NCBI GenBank assembly: GCA_965279515.1
Contig: CBDIID010000003.1
Location: 3,360,001 to 3,424,000 of the forward strand
DNA from: Turneriella sp.
GTDB taxonomy: Bacteria; Spirochaetota; Leptospiria; Turneriellales; Turneriellaceae
Direction: 5' to 3'
Length of the DNA stretch: 64,000 bases
Positions 1-9,188 of the stretch are shown here, one piece after another. Positions within the stretch are counted from its first letter, which is position 1. Each line of letters begins with the position of its first letter. The notes below the pieces were generated by a model. That model searched no databases and was not told where the DNA came from. It saw only the letters and a program-made list of their open reading frames with translations. The position numbers were made by a program, and so were the translations under genes.

Positions 1-297
1 CTCGACCGCCTGGCGTTTGAGAACGACCGGTTAGAGGCAGAGCTCAAGCTCAAAAAGGAGCGGCGCCTGGCACAAAGCGGCGAACAGGCTCCGGAGGCTG
101 TGCCGGCTGCTGCACCTGTGCAGCGCTTCGATGAAGCCCGTGAAACGGTGCGCTACGAAACCCAGACAGCGACCGAGGCGACGCAGGGGATGCACATCTC
201 TTACGATGCCTTAAAGCGCGACCTTTCGGGGCTCATGTCTGACCTCAACGACTTCAAGCATACTCGGGCCGGTCTCGAGTCACGCCTCAATACGTAA
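1..297 (+). CDS. 3' end of a coiled-coil hypothetical protein (5'-truncated by window)
   Basis: Frame 1 is open from base 1 (LDRLAFENDRLEAELKLKKE...) to TAA at 295-297, followed by a terminator hairpin. Confidence 0.7.
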   Translation, partial: LDRLAFENDRLEAELKLKKERRLAQSGEQAPEAVPAAAPVQRFDEARETVRYETQTATEATQGMHISYDALKRDLSGLMSDLNDFKHTRAGLESRLNT

Positions 298-317
298 AAA
301 GGCCCTTGCGGGCCTTT
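298..317. terminator. Intrinsic terminator hairpin between convergent genes, probably bidirectional
   Basis: AAAGGCCC-ttgc-GGGCCTTT with A/T-rich flanks. Confidence 0.75.
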
Positions 318-338
318 CAAAACGGCGTGATAAACGGC

Positions 339-1655
339 TTATCCGGCGGTTTCTTCGCGCTTGTTGAACTTGTATTTCGCTTCTGCTTCGTCGAGAAGTG
401 AAATGACCTTGTCCAGGTCGGCGCGCGTGTGTGCCGCGGAGAGTGACAGGCGCAGGCGGTCTTTCTTGCGGGCCACCGCAGGGTATGGAACCGGGTTCAC
501 GAATACGCCCTGCTCATCCATGAATTTCGCGATTTCGCGCATGATGAATGTGTCACCGATGACGATCGGGGTGATCGCGGTTTGTGTGCGTTCGATATCG
601 AAGTGACGCTTTTTGAGTTCTGCATGGAAGTACTTGATGTTCTCCCACAGCTGGTTGTGCCACTGTGGTTCTGTCTTCAGAACTTCGAGAGCCGCGCTTT
701 GCGCTGCAACCTGCATCGGGGTCGGTGACGCCGCGAAGAAGTACGCGCGTGAGAAAAAGCGCAGATAGCGGATCACTTCTTTCTTCGCAGAGATAAATCC
801 ACCCACGCCGCCGAGCGACTTGGAGAATGTACCCATAACGATATCGATTTTACCTTCGAGGTCGAAATGCTCGGGTGAACCTTTACCGGTTTTACCGAGT
901 ACGCCTGTACTGTGCGCTTCGTCGACCATGAGTTTTGCATCGTGTTTCTTAACGAGATCATAGATGGCTTTGAGGGGGGCGATATCGCCGTCCATCGAGT
1001 AGACACCTTCAACCACAACGAGGCGGTCGCCCAAACCTTTTTTAGTCTGGATCAGGACGCGCTCGAGCGAATCCATGTCATTGTGACGGAATGTCGTGAT
1101 CTTTGCACCGGAAAGCAGGGCACCGTCGATGATCGAGGCGTGCGCCAGCTTATCGATGATGATTGTGTCTTTGGGGCCCAGGAAGCAGGAAAGCACACCG
1201 ACGTTGGTTGAATAACCTGAAGGGAAAAGGCAGGTGTCTTCAGCACCCTTGAGTTCAGACAGGCCTTTTTCGAGCTCACGGTGCACATCGTAGTAGCCTG
1301 AGAAGTGCGGGGGAGATCCGGCGCCGGCGCCGTATTTTTCAGCCGCTGCAATCGCCGCAGCTTTGACTTTGGGGTGGTTATTGATGCCCAGATAGGAGTT
1401 CGAACCCATCATGATCATTTCTTTGGCTTTGCCGGTTTTTTGGTCTTCGACAACGACATGGTTTGAGTTGGCGGAGAGCATGACGCGGCGGTACATGTGG
1501 TGGCCGATCGAAAGCTGGTAATCGACGCTTTCGTAGAAGGGGCCTGCCCAAGCGAAGAGGTCTGGTTTCTCGCGGCGCTGCAGAACGAAATCTGCCAGTG
1601 TCTTATTGAGATGGTCCTGATTGTATTGTGACTGTTGGTCCTGTGCTGTATTCAT
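339..1655 (-). CDS. PLP-dependent alpha-oxoamine synthase (class II aminotransferase; serine palmitoyltransferase/BioF-like)
   Basis: Motifs SNSYLG, HASIIDG, FRHND, EGVYSMDGD, DEAH and GTFSKSLGGVGG; start moved to ATG 1655, which has an AGGAGA RBS. Confidence 0.9.
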   Translation of the reverse strand: MNTAQDQQSQYNQDHLNKTLADFVLQRREKPDLFAWAGPFYESVDYQLSIGHHMYRRVMLSANSNHVVVEDQKTGKAKEMIMMGSNSYLGINNHPKVKAAAIAAAEKYGAGAGSPPHFSGYYDVHRELEKGLSELKGAEDTCLFPSGYSTNVGVLSCFLGPKDTIIIDKLAHASIIDGALLSGAKITTFRHNDMDSLERVLIQTKKGLGDRLVVVEGVYSMDGDIAPLKAIYDLVKKHDAKLMVDEAHSTGVLGKTGKGSPEHFDLEGKIDIVMGTFSKSLGGVGGFISAKKEVIRYLRFFSRAYFFAASPTPMQVAAQSAALEVLKTEPQWHNQLWENIKYFHAELKKRHFDIERTQTAITPIVIGDTFIMREIAKFMDEQGVFVNPVPYPAVARKKDRLRLSLSAAHTRADLDKVISLLDEAEAKYKFNKREETAG

Positions 1656-1772
1656 GGTTCTCCTTTGGGGGATAATACTATTTTGACGTTTTAGTTTTCT
1701 ATTTCGGCTATTTTTTCGGCGGTGCACAAGACGTCAAGCCGTATCCGCGGGTGCCAGCAGTGTATTTCCATA

Positions 1773-3206
1773 TCATTCTATACGCCGGATAATGTGATCT
1801 GAAAAATCGGTCACATAGAGATATGTACCGTCGCTGGTAATACCTGTCAGCTCCCTGAAACGGGCTGTGCCGGTTATTCCGCCTCCAGTGCCTATGACGG
1901 TGGTGGTCCCGGTCTCCCACCCGGATAGGGTTGATACAAAGCCCGTGGTTATATCGACACGGCGGATGCTGTAGCTGTCTTTGTCGGCGACATAGATATA
2001 TGTGCCGTCCGTGGTCAGATTGTTAATTCTCTTGAAGCGGGCGGTTCCCGGTGCGCCGTCTACATTGCCATAGCTGCCATTGCCTGCCAAAGTGCTGACT
2101 GTGGGGCCAGATGATAAATCGATGACGCGCACTGCCTGAAAAGCCGCTTCACCGACATAAACCTTGTTCGCATAATAGGTCACCGCGCAGGGGATCGTGA
2201 AGGTAGCGCTGGCGGCGGGGCCATTCACACTGGTGGCGGCGCCCGTGCCTGCCAGCGTCGTTGTGGCCCCGGTATTGATGTCGACCTTGCGGATGCGGTT
2301 ATTGTTGTAATCGGCGACGTACAAAAATGCGCCGTCGGTCGTGATACTGGTGGGGCCGTCGAAACGGACCGAGGTACCCGGCCCCGATGGAGCGTCGGCC
2401 ATGCCGCAGGTGAATGAGGCGCCTGCAAGAGTCGTGACCGCGAATGTTGTGAGATTCATTTTCGTGACGGTGCAGCCATAGAAGTGCACGGCGTATAAAT
2501 TCACGCCGTCGCTGGTGATACTGTCGCTGCCGCCGATATTTCCGAGCGTCGTCACATTGCGCGTAACGATGGTGATTTTACGCAACGCGCCTGAAGCTTC
2601 GAGAACAAATAGATTATTACCGTCGCTGGCCAGATATGCCGGTTGGGAGAATTTTGCACCGTTGCCAACACCGTTTGTCGAGGCGTTGATGCCTATCGTG
2701 CCTGCAAAAACCTGCCCCAGAATGACATCTGCATTTCCAGTCAGGGTCAGCGGATGAATAATATTTCCGCCAACCATCGGCCCGGCGCTCGAGCCGGCGG
2801 TGCACTGCACGCTTAAGGTGATATTGGCGGCGGCAAAGACACCGCTGGGATTCGTTATGCTGCAATACTGGGTCGGCGAGGTCGGGAACAGGGTTATGCT
2901 CGCTGCATAACTTTGTCCTGGAATAAATCCGGTTGTAAAAGCGGTCAAACCATTGGCGTTAATGGTCAGCGTTTCTGAGCCATTGCGGATTTGCAGGCCA
3001 GTACCGCTGAGGCCACTGACATTCACTTGTAAAACCAGCACGGATGCGGCGGCCGTGTTCGCCGGGGCATCTCCGAGAAAATTGGAGACCTTGCTATTTC
3101 CGCAATAGAGCATCACTGCGCCAAAAGAAAAAAGTGCAAACAATTTCTTAAGAGGCACGTAAATAATCAATCGCCCATATTTCTGATTTTTGGTACTGAT
3201 TAGCAA
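1773..3206 (-). CDS. Lipoprotein with Ig-like N-domain and NHL-type beta-propeller
   Basis: Hydrophobic signal ending ...VMLYC; repeated TTDGxxLYVAD / TTLAG blades; true start is probably a few codons downstream. Confidence 0.8.
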   Translation of the reverse strand: MLISTKNQKYGRLIIYVPLKKLFALFSFGAVMLYCGNSKVSNFLGDAPANTAAASVLVLQVNVSGLSGTGLQIRNGSETLTINANGLTAFTTGFIPGQSYAASITLFPTSPTQYCSITNPSGVFAAANITLSVQCTAGSSAGPMVGGNIIHPLTLTGNADVILGQVFAGTIGINASTNGVGNGAKFSQPAYLASDGNNLFVLEASGALRKITIVTRNVTTLGNIGGSDSITSDGVNLYAVHFYGCTVTKMNLTTFAVTTLAGASFTCGMADAPSGPGTSVRFDGPTSITTDGAFLYVADYNNNRIRKVDINTGATTTLAGTGAATSVNGPAASATFTIPCAVTYYANKVYVGEAAFQAVRVIDLSSGPTVSTLAGNGSYGNVDGAPGTARFKRINNLTTDGTYIYVADKDSYSIRRVDITTGFVSTLSGWETGTTTVIGTGGGITGTARFRELTGITSDGTYLYVTDFSDHIIRRIE

Positions 3207-3384
3207 GATGCGTCCCGAATAATTTAGCTACATATGTACCGGCGCAGCCAGGTTGCTGACCCTGCAGCCGAAATAATGACATGAATTGTCACATACGAGT
3301 AATTCCAGACTTTAATGCCATTTTTTTTGCCATCTCGGAATATTTCTATGGCACAGATTTGCCATTTTGCGCGTACAAGCGATA

Positions 3385-4797
3385 ATGAAGCTGGCGGCTA
3401 TAACTGTGGCGTTTGCGCTGATTTTGGGCGAAGTTTATGCTTTTGGCGATGCAACACATAAGAGGCTGCCAGAAGACGCGTTGCTGTACATGGAGATGCG
3501 TGGGTCGAATCAGCAGCGTTGGACAGCCGATTATCTGAAGGCAAAGGCCGGCGGGCGTTATGCGGGCACCTGCGTGAATGTGAACTATCCCCCCGCTAAT
3601 ATGGGTTCCGATAATACGCAGTGCGGAGCATTCGGCATATTGGCGATTGGTGGCTTTAAGCCTGACTATTTCCGCGATGCGTTTTGGGACATCCTGATCT
3701 ACGGCTGGGGGCCTCCCCAGGTATCTCTTTTAGAAGGTCAAAATTACACGGCCTGGTATCATTTTATCAACCTCATGGAAAGAAATGTCGATAACAATCG
3801 GCTGATTACAAATAACTATAATGCGTTTGATGGCTATGCACCCAACGCACTTTATTCCAACCTTGAGCTGGGTATGGATTGGCTGCTAACGACATTGATG
3901 AACAATGCAACGATGACCGTGGATTTGCAAGGTTGTACCGATTCTGCCTGCGTCGAAAAAAGCTCGGTTGCAACGGGAATTGATACGAACCCCGCGATCG
4001 ATTACCGGCAAAATGGCTCCTCAACTCCTGTGGGGCCGGGAACAGGATCAAAGAAGCTCGAAAACCAGGACGGAACAAATTACAATTGTTTCAGTGATAC
4101 GGCCCTGATTGGCGCCTGTCCGGATAATAGCGCAGCCTACGATGGAATTAACCAATACCCCAATGTGGTTCCCGGGGGCGCCGGATACGATCCGATCAGT
4201 CTTTTTACCGGAAACCAGGATTGGGTGGTCTATGAGCCATCGTATAATGCCGCAACTTTCTACTATAACGAGGTTTGGCTGGAGGGTTTTAGCTCCAGGA
4301 ATAGTTCACTCCAAACCGGACCCATTGTAAATCGTTACTACAATGTTTCGGGTCCTGAATTGCTGTATTTTGCCGCCGTGCATCATTATACAGGCGACGC
4401 GACCCAGATGACACATATTTGGCCAACACAGAGCTATAACCATCGGGAGTATGAAGGTTATGTGGGGGATAATTACGGAGAGCGCCTCATCGGTGGAACC
4501 GATGTGAAAAATTTCGAGGATTATGAGGTTGCCAATGCCTACGCAAACGTTCGGCAACACCGGTACAACGGGCCACCGGGAGATATTCATAAATTAATCA
4601 TTGAACAGGCTTTTCTAACCTACCATATCCGTTTCCGCAGTGGCTACGACAAAATGACAACGAGCAATCAGGCCATCTGGAGAAATGCGGGAGTTTGGGC
4701 GGTGAACAATTCCATAGCGGCAATGGCACTCACCAACGAAAAAGCCGTTCTCGATTTGCGCAAATGCCGAAATTCCGGGGCGTGCAATAATCTTTGA
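3385..4797 (+). CDS. Secreted zinc-dependent phospholipase C / S1-P1 nuclease-fold protein
   Basis: Signal peptide then FGDATH; WYHF; HHYTGD...H...HREYE pattern of Zn ligands. Confidence 0.6.
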   Translation: MKLAAITVAFALILGEVYAFGDATHKRLPEDALLYMEMRGSNQQRWTADYLKAKAGGRYAGTCVNVNYPPANMGSDNTQCGAFGILAIGGFKPDYFRDAFWDILIYGWGPPQVSLLEGQNYTAWYHFINLMERNVDNNRLITNNYNAFDGYAPNALYSNLELGMDWLLTTLMNNATMTVDLQGCTDSACVEKSSVATGIDTNPAIDYRQNGSSTPVGPGTGSKKLENQDGTNYNCFSDTALIGACPDNSAAYDGINQYPNVVPGGAGYDPISLFTGNQDWVVYEPSYNAATFYYNEVWLEGFSSRNSSLQTGPIVNRYYNVSGPELLYFAAVHHYTGDATQMTHIWPTQSYNHREYEGYVGDNYGERLIGGTDVKNFEDYEVANAYANVRQHRYNGPPGDIHKLIIEQAFLTYHIRFRSGYDKMTTSNQAIWRNAGVWAVNNSIAAMALTNEKAVLDLRKCRNSGACNNL

Positions 4798-4833
4798 TTG
4801 CACAGAACCTAAGTTGCCATCCGCTATGCTTTT

Positions 4834-6417
4834 TCAGAAAAAAGTCAGCGAGACCATAAAACCGATAACAACGTTTTGGACACTATCTGCGTAGAGACGC
4901 GGGTCGGAACCGGCAGCGCCATAAACCGTGCCGAAATAAGAAAACCACGACATGCCAATGCCGAGATTGCGTGCCAGTTTCCATTCGATACCGGCATTGA
5001 GTTCGATACCAAAGCCGATTTTAGAAGCATAGGTCAGTGTCTCGGGGCCGTTGCCGAAATTGCCGTTTACGGTGATGCGGTTCCAGGCGGCATTGAGCGA
5101 GCCGCCGATAAAAAACCCGGATGGATGGAAATGGTAACGTCCGCCCGCACCGACGTTCAGTATCAATGGCTGCGTCGCGGAAGATTTTGTCAGGTTGCTG
5201 ACACCGCTCACGGCTCCAGTGAGAAAAAGCGCGATTTCATTCTTCAGTCTGAATCCGGCCATTCCCCTGGCCGTGATGCCTAGATCGGCGAGATCGATAT
5301 TGCGCAGCGTGCCGGCTGAGGGCATAAAGAAATGGAAAGAAGGGCCGAAAACGCCGGCAACGAAAAAATCAGAATTGTAACGCTCTTTGACCGGGGTTTG
5401 GATATCCACCGCGAGGGGATTGAAGTGTTTTATCTCGAGTTCTTTTCTCTCATTCTTTTGCAAAGCAACGTCTGCGTTCAAAATATTCTTATCCTGAAAG
5501 ATGCGGATATGGAACCGCTCGGGCGGCAGGCGCACCGTGAGAGGTTTTGCCGAAGTTTTGTGGAGTTTGAGACCCAGGTGGTTCTCGTTGTCGAAGATAT
5601 AGATCTTGCCTTCGATGCCGTTACCGAACACGAGTTGCGCTCCCACCTGCTTCAGGTCAGAGACAGGCAGATCGCCATAACCCGAGACCTTAAAATCAAA
5701 AAAAGGATGCTGCGGGCCAGCGCGTGACTCGAGGGTATTCGCGAGCGTCTCTTCATAGGAATAGGTGTAAGCCTCATGGAGACTCACGCGTGAATCATGG
5801 TTGAGATCAGCCGCGCCGCGCAGCCCTGCAATCAGGTTGTGTGTGAAATAAGAGCCGCGCAGCTGGTCCGATTCCTGCGAATCCTCGGAAGAAGAGCTCG
5901 AGGCGAGAATCGCTGTGCCGCGGTGGCTCACCGATTCCGAAAGTACGGCCGAGGGCACTCTCTTGCCGCCCTTGATGCGCGCGAGGCTGCCCGACGAGCA
6001 CGAATCGAGAATGACGATGTTGACTTCGGAGGGCAGATCATGGATCCATTTTTTGAGTTCCGCGAAGTCCAAAACCGAGTTTTCGATGAGGAGTCCCGTC
6101 TCGTCGGAGTGGCCGGAATAATAGAAAAAAACCTCGCGCGCGGATTCTCTGCTTGCGGCGAGCATGCCCGTAAACTTGCGCAGGTTGCGGCGTAACGCCT
6201 GGATGTCAGGCTCGATGAGAACGATGGAATTCTCGTTTTTCAAATTGCCGATTTCAACCAGCGTCGCATGCAGCTGCCGGGCGTCGCGGTGTGCATACTT
6301 GAGCAGTGCCTTTTTGCTGCCGCCGTTGTTCTTGCCGATGAAAAGCCCGAAACGCGTTCCCGCAAAGAGGCCCTGCGCTAAAGACAGCAGAAAAAACAGC
6401 GCAGTGAGCGACTTCAT
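4834..6417 (-). CDS. Exported caspase-like protease (peptidase C14) with C-terminal outer-membrane beta-barrel-like domain
   Basis: Signal peptide; YYSGH (His103) and ILDSC (Cys140) dyad; C-terminal amphipathic strands ending ...VSLTFF. Confidence 0.85.
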   Translation of the reverse strand: MKSLTALFFLLSLAQGLFAGTRFGLFIGKNNGGSKKALLKYAHRDARQLHATLVEIGNLKNENSIVLIEPDIQALRRNLRKFTGMLAASRESAREVFFYYSGHSDETGLLIENSVLDFAELKKWIHDLPSEVNIVILDSCSSGSLARIKGGKRVPSAVLSESVSHRGTAILASSSSSEDSQESDQLRGSYFTHNLIAGLRGAADLNHDSRVSLHEAYTYSYEETLANTLESRAGPQHPFFDFKVSGYGDLPVSDLKQVGAQLVFGNGIEGKIYIFDNENHLGLKLHKTSAKPLTVRLPPERFHIRIFQDKNILNADVALQKNERKELEIKHFNPLAVDIQTPVKERYNSDFFVAGVFGPSFHFFMPSAGTLRNIDLADLGITARGMAGFRLKNEIALFLTGAVSGVSNLTKSSATQPLILNVGAGGRYHFHPSGFFIGGSLNAAWNRITVNGNFGNGPETLTYASKIGFGIELNAGIEWKLARNLGIGMSWFSYFGTVYGAAGSDPRLYADSVQNVVIGFMVSLTFF

Positions 6418-7214
6418 GCTTTCTTGAGTCGTATCGCTATCTGCAGCGCGCCCTTAGGCAATTCTTTACCGGGTTTGCCGCGACGCGTCAGGGATTTCAT
6501 GATTTTTTTCAGCGGCAGCGGTTCATCTGCCGCAATGAAAAAGAACTGTTCAAAACCCGGCCTGTCATCGAGCTTAAAGGCGTGGGGGATTTTCACTTTT
6601 GCACCGCCCATAAGTTCCTGTGGCGCCTTTTCCGATTCGGGGAAATGCAGGCTCACCGCTTTATCGGCGTCCACTGAGACGATGAAACCATAACGGTTAC
6701 CCGAGGCGCGGTAGGCGATCTGGATTTCATCGCCGCCTTCCACTTTGTCGCCGTCTGCCAGAATCTGCTCTTTGCCAGCGCGGATTATGGATAAGAAGAG
6801 GGTGGGTGTAAGCCCTTTGCTGCGGACTGTGTTTTCGTTGTCATGGCCATTTAAAACGATGAGATTCGTTTCCTGCTTGCCGGCGATTTTATCTTCGCCT
6901 TTTTGCTGAGTCGCTTGGGGGAAATAGAGAACCGCGGCGATGCAGGCGGCCGCAAATACGAGAGCGCCAAGAGCGCGCGGGCCGAAAATTTTTCGAAACC
7001 AGGGTTCGGTTTCAGGTTCTTGGGAGAAAGCTCCGCCGCGCAGCCGCGGGTGGGCGCGGTAATAGTCTTCTGTTTCTTTTTTGAGCGCATCAAGTTGTTT
7101 GCGCAGCGCCGCGTTTCTGCCGAGTTCTTTTTCCACGGCGGTCATTTCGGCGGCCGGCAACTCGCCCAGCAAATAGCGTTCGAGCTTCAGGTTGAAACCT
7201 TTTTGTTTATGCAT
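6414..7214 (-). CDS. Membrane-anchored anti-sigma factor (ActD-like / DUF4384-like periplasmic domain)
   Basis: N-terminal LERYLLGEL anti-sigma-like helix, one TM segment, beta-rich C-domain; overlaps both the sigma and the caspase gene. Confidence 0.7.
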   Translation of the reverse strand: MHKQKGFNLKLERYLLGELPAAEMTAVEKELGRNAALRKQLDALKKETEDYYRAHPRLRGGAFSQEPETEPWFRKIFGPRALGALVFAAACIAAVLYFPQATQQKGEDKIAGKQETNLIVLNGHDNENTVRSKGLTPTLFLSIIRAGKEQILADGDKVEGGDEIQIAYRASGNRYGFIVSVDADKAVSLHFPESEKAPQELMGGAKVKIPHAFKLDDRPGFEQFFFIAADEPLPLKKIMKSLTRRGKPGKELPKGALQIAIRLKKA

Positions 7215-7692
7215 AGATCTCTGCCTTCATCTTTTCCGCCTTCTCAGATAATTTCCTCAGGCGCTTTCTGACTCCCGATACAGACAGGCCGGATATTTCA
7301 GAAATTTCTTCGTAGTTCAGCTCGTCGACATAACGCATCACGGCGATTTCCATCATGTCGTCTTTTTCCCCGGCGAAAACCCGTGCGAGAACCTCTTTCC
7401 CTTCGAGGCTTTCTGAAAAGTCATCTTTACCTTCAATGTTATTAAAAAACGCGTCATCCTTAAAGCTGATTTGTTTTTCTCTCTTCAGGATATTCAGGCA
7501 GGTGTTTGTCGCAATGCGGAATAACAACGAGCTCGGGAATTCATCCCTGATGCGCGCATTGTTTTTCAGAAGGGCCATAAATACCTCCTGCACGGCATCC
7601 TGGGCGCGGCTTTCATCACCCAGCATTTGCCGGCACCTGCGGAAAACCATAGCCCCGTACTTGCGGTAGTACAGTTCTATGTCGACAGGCAA
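7207..7692 (-). CDS. ECF RNA polymerase sigma factor
   Basis: Region 2 (AQDAVQEVF, LFRIATN) and region 4 (YEEISEISGLSVSGVRKRL). Confidence 0.9.
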   Translation of the reverse strand: MPVDIELYYRKYGAMVFRRCRQMLGDESRAQDAVQEVFMALLKNNARIRDEFPSSLLFRIATNTCLNILKREKQISFKDDAFFNNIEGKDDFSESLEGKEVLARVFAGEKDDMMEIAVMRYVDELNYEEISEISGLSVSGVRKRLRKLSEKAEKMKAEIYA

Positions 7693-7855
7693 GCTTTCCC
7701 CTCACAATCCATAAACAACTGAACAGTGAATAACTGTCACCCTACGGCGTCTATTTTTTTGCCGGACCTGAGAAAAATCCGTTGGTTTTTGGTATTTAAA
7801 CTGTAGGATGGAAAATTAAAATTTTCTGGACAGGGTATGGGAGTGGGGGTAGATT

Positions 7856-8113
7856 ATGACTATGAGCGAGTGGGTTATCTTAGCTTTGGGGCTGGCTGGG
7901 ATTGTTGCGCTCATCAACGTACCGATCTTTTTTTTGCAGCGCCGTGAATCCAGAGAACGGCATGCGGATCTCCGGGCTTTCCAGCTGCAAAATGCCCGTT
8001 TAATTCTGGAAAATCGCCGTGAAAGTCGCCGCAGCCACGAAGATACCAAAGCTTTTCTCAAATCAATGGGTATCCGGCTGGATCAGGTTTTCGAACGCGT
8101 CGATAACCACTGA
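7856..8113 (+). CDS. Small membrane protein with coiled-coil tail
   Basis: One TM helix; upstream TGGACA-N17-TAGATT; start may be ATG 7862. Confidence 0.6.
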   Translation: MTMSEWVILALGLAGIVALINVPIFFLQRRESRERHADLRAFQLQNARLILENRRESRRSHEDTKAFLKSMGIRLDQVFERVDNH

Positions 8114-8118
8114 AAGCG

Positions 8119-8454
8119 TTATTTCCGCGGCCTGAAATCCTTATCGTTCGAAAATACCAGCTTGCATTGTTTGCGTACACAGAGGTAGGCATGCGTCAGG
8201 CAAGACCCCGCATTGGGGCATTTCGCCTCTTTCGGGCAGTGTAATGCCGCGCGTGCCTTTTCGAGTTCTTTTGTATTGATCACCAGCGAAGTGCATGGGG
8301 TCGGGCAGCAGCCAGGCGCTGGTATACAATCGGCGTCCGATTGACACGATGTATCGTAAGGCGCCGAGCGCAGTATATTGATCTGCGTGTGCGATTTTGC
8401 CGAAAGGCCTGACAACAAAACGGCAGATAAAAGAAAGCCGATGATCTTCTTCAT
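8119..8454 (-). CDS. Small secreted Cys-rich protein (10 Cys)
   Basis: Signal peptide; SCQSDADC...GCC...C...C motif. Confidence 0.7.
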   Translation of the reverse strand: MKKIIGFLLSAVLLSGLSAKSHTQINILRSAPYDTSCQSDADCIPAPGCCPTPCTSLVINTKELEKARAALHCPKEAKCPNAGSCLTHAYLCVRKQCKLVFSNDKDFRPRK

Positions 8455-8474
8455 GACAGGGTCAATTTCATAAA

Positions 8475-9188
8475 ATGAGGCATCCCAGAAATCTGTTTTT
8501 GCTCTGGGTAACCCTGCTGATAGCTTCAGAGCTGTTCGCCGAACCCCGGGTTATCCGCGCAACCGGCATCGATACGAAGACCGGCGAGAAAATATTCACC
8601 GAGGTCAACCATGTTCGCTTTAAAGACGGATTGCTTCTCTCGGGCGATGCGGAATTCCGCAATGCCGGCGGCAAAACCTACTCCAGACAAAAGGTTGATG
8701 TAAAAAGATCTCCTGTTGCTCCCGAATACACTTTTGAAGACCTGCGTGACGGCCACCGCGAAACGGTGCGGCATACGGGCACCGCCTACGAAATTATTTT
8801 CAAGGCGGATGCAAAATCTGCGGAAGAGAAAATCCCGCTGAAAATTCCCGAGCACGAAATTGCCGCCGTCACGATTCCCGGCTTTTCTAATTTTGTCGTG
8901 CGGCACTGGGATGCCCTGGTTGCCGGCAAGGCGGTTTATTTTTACCTGATCGTGCCAACGCAGCGCGACTATTACCGCTTTCGCCTCGTCAGGGATTCCG
9001 CAACGGCCGGGCTGGTGCACTTCCGTATCGAACTCGGGAATTTCCTTTTACGTATGTTTGTCGATGCGATCAGAATCAGCTTTGACACAGCGAAGAAGAG
9101 ACTGGTGCGTTACGAGGGTATTCACTTCGTGCGCGACCTGCCGAAATTTCTCGGCAGGAAAATGCGCGTCACCTACACGACAGATTAG
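8475..9188 (+). CDS. Secreted hypothetical protein
   Basis: Signal peptide; beta-rich 237-aa ORF. Confidence 0.7.
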   Translation: MRHPRNLFLLWVTLLIASELFAEPRVIRATGIDTKTGEKIFTEVNHVRFKDGLLLSGDAEFRNAGGKTYSRQKVDVKRSPVAPEYTFEDLRDGHRETVRHTGTAYEIIFKADAKSAEEKIPLKIPEHEIAAVTIPGFSNFVVRHWDALVAGKAVYFYLIVPTQRDYYRFRLVRDSATAGLVHFRIELGNFLLRMFVDAIRISFDTAKKRLVRYEGIHFVRDLPKFLGRKMRVTYTTD

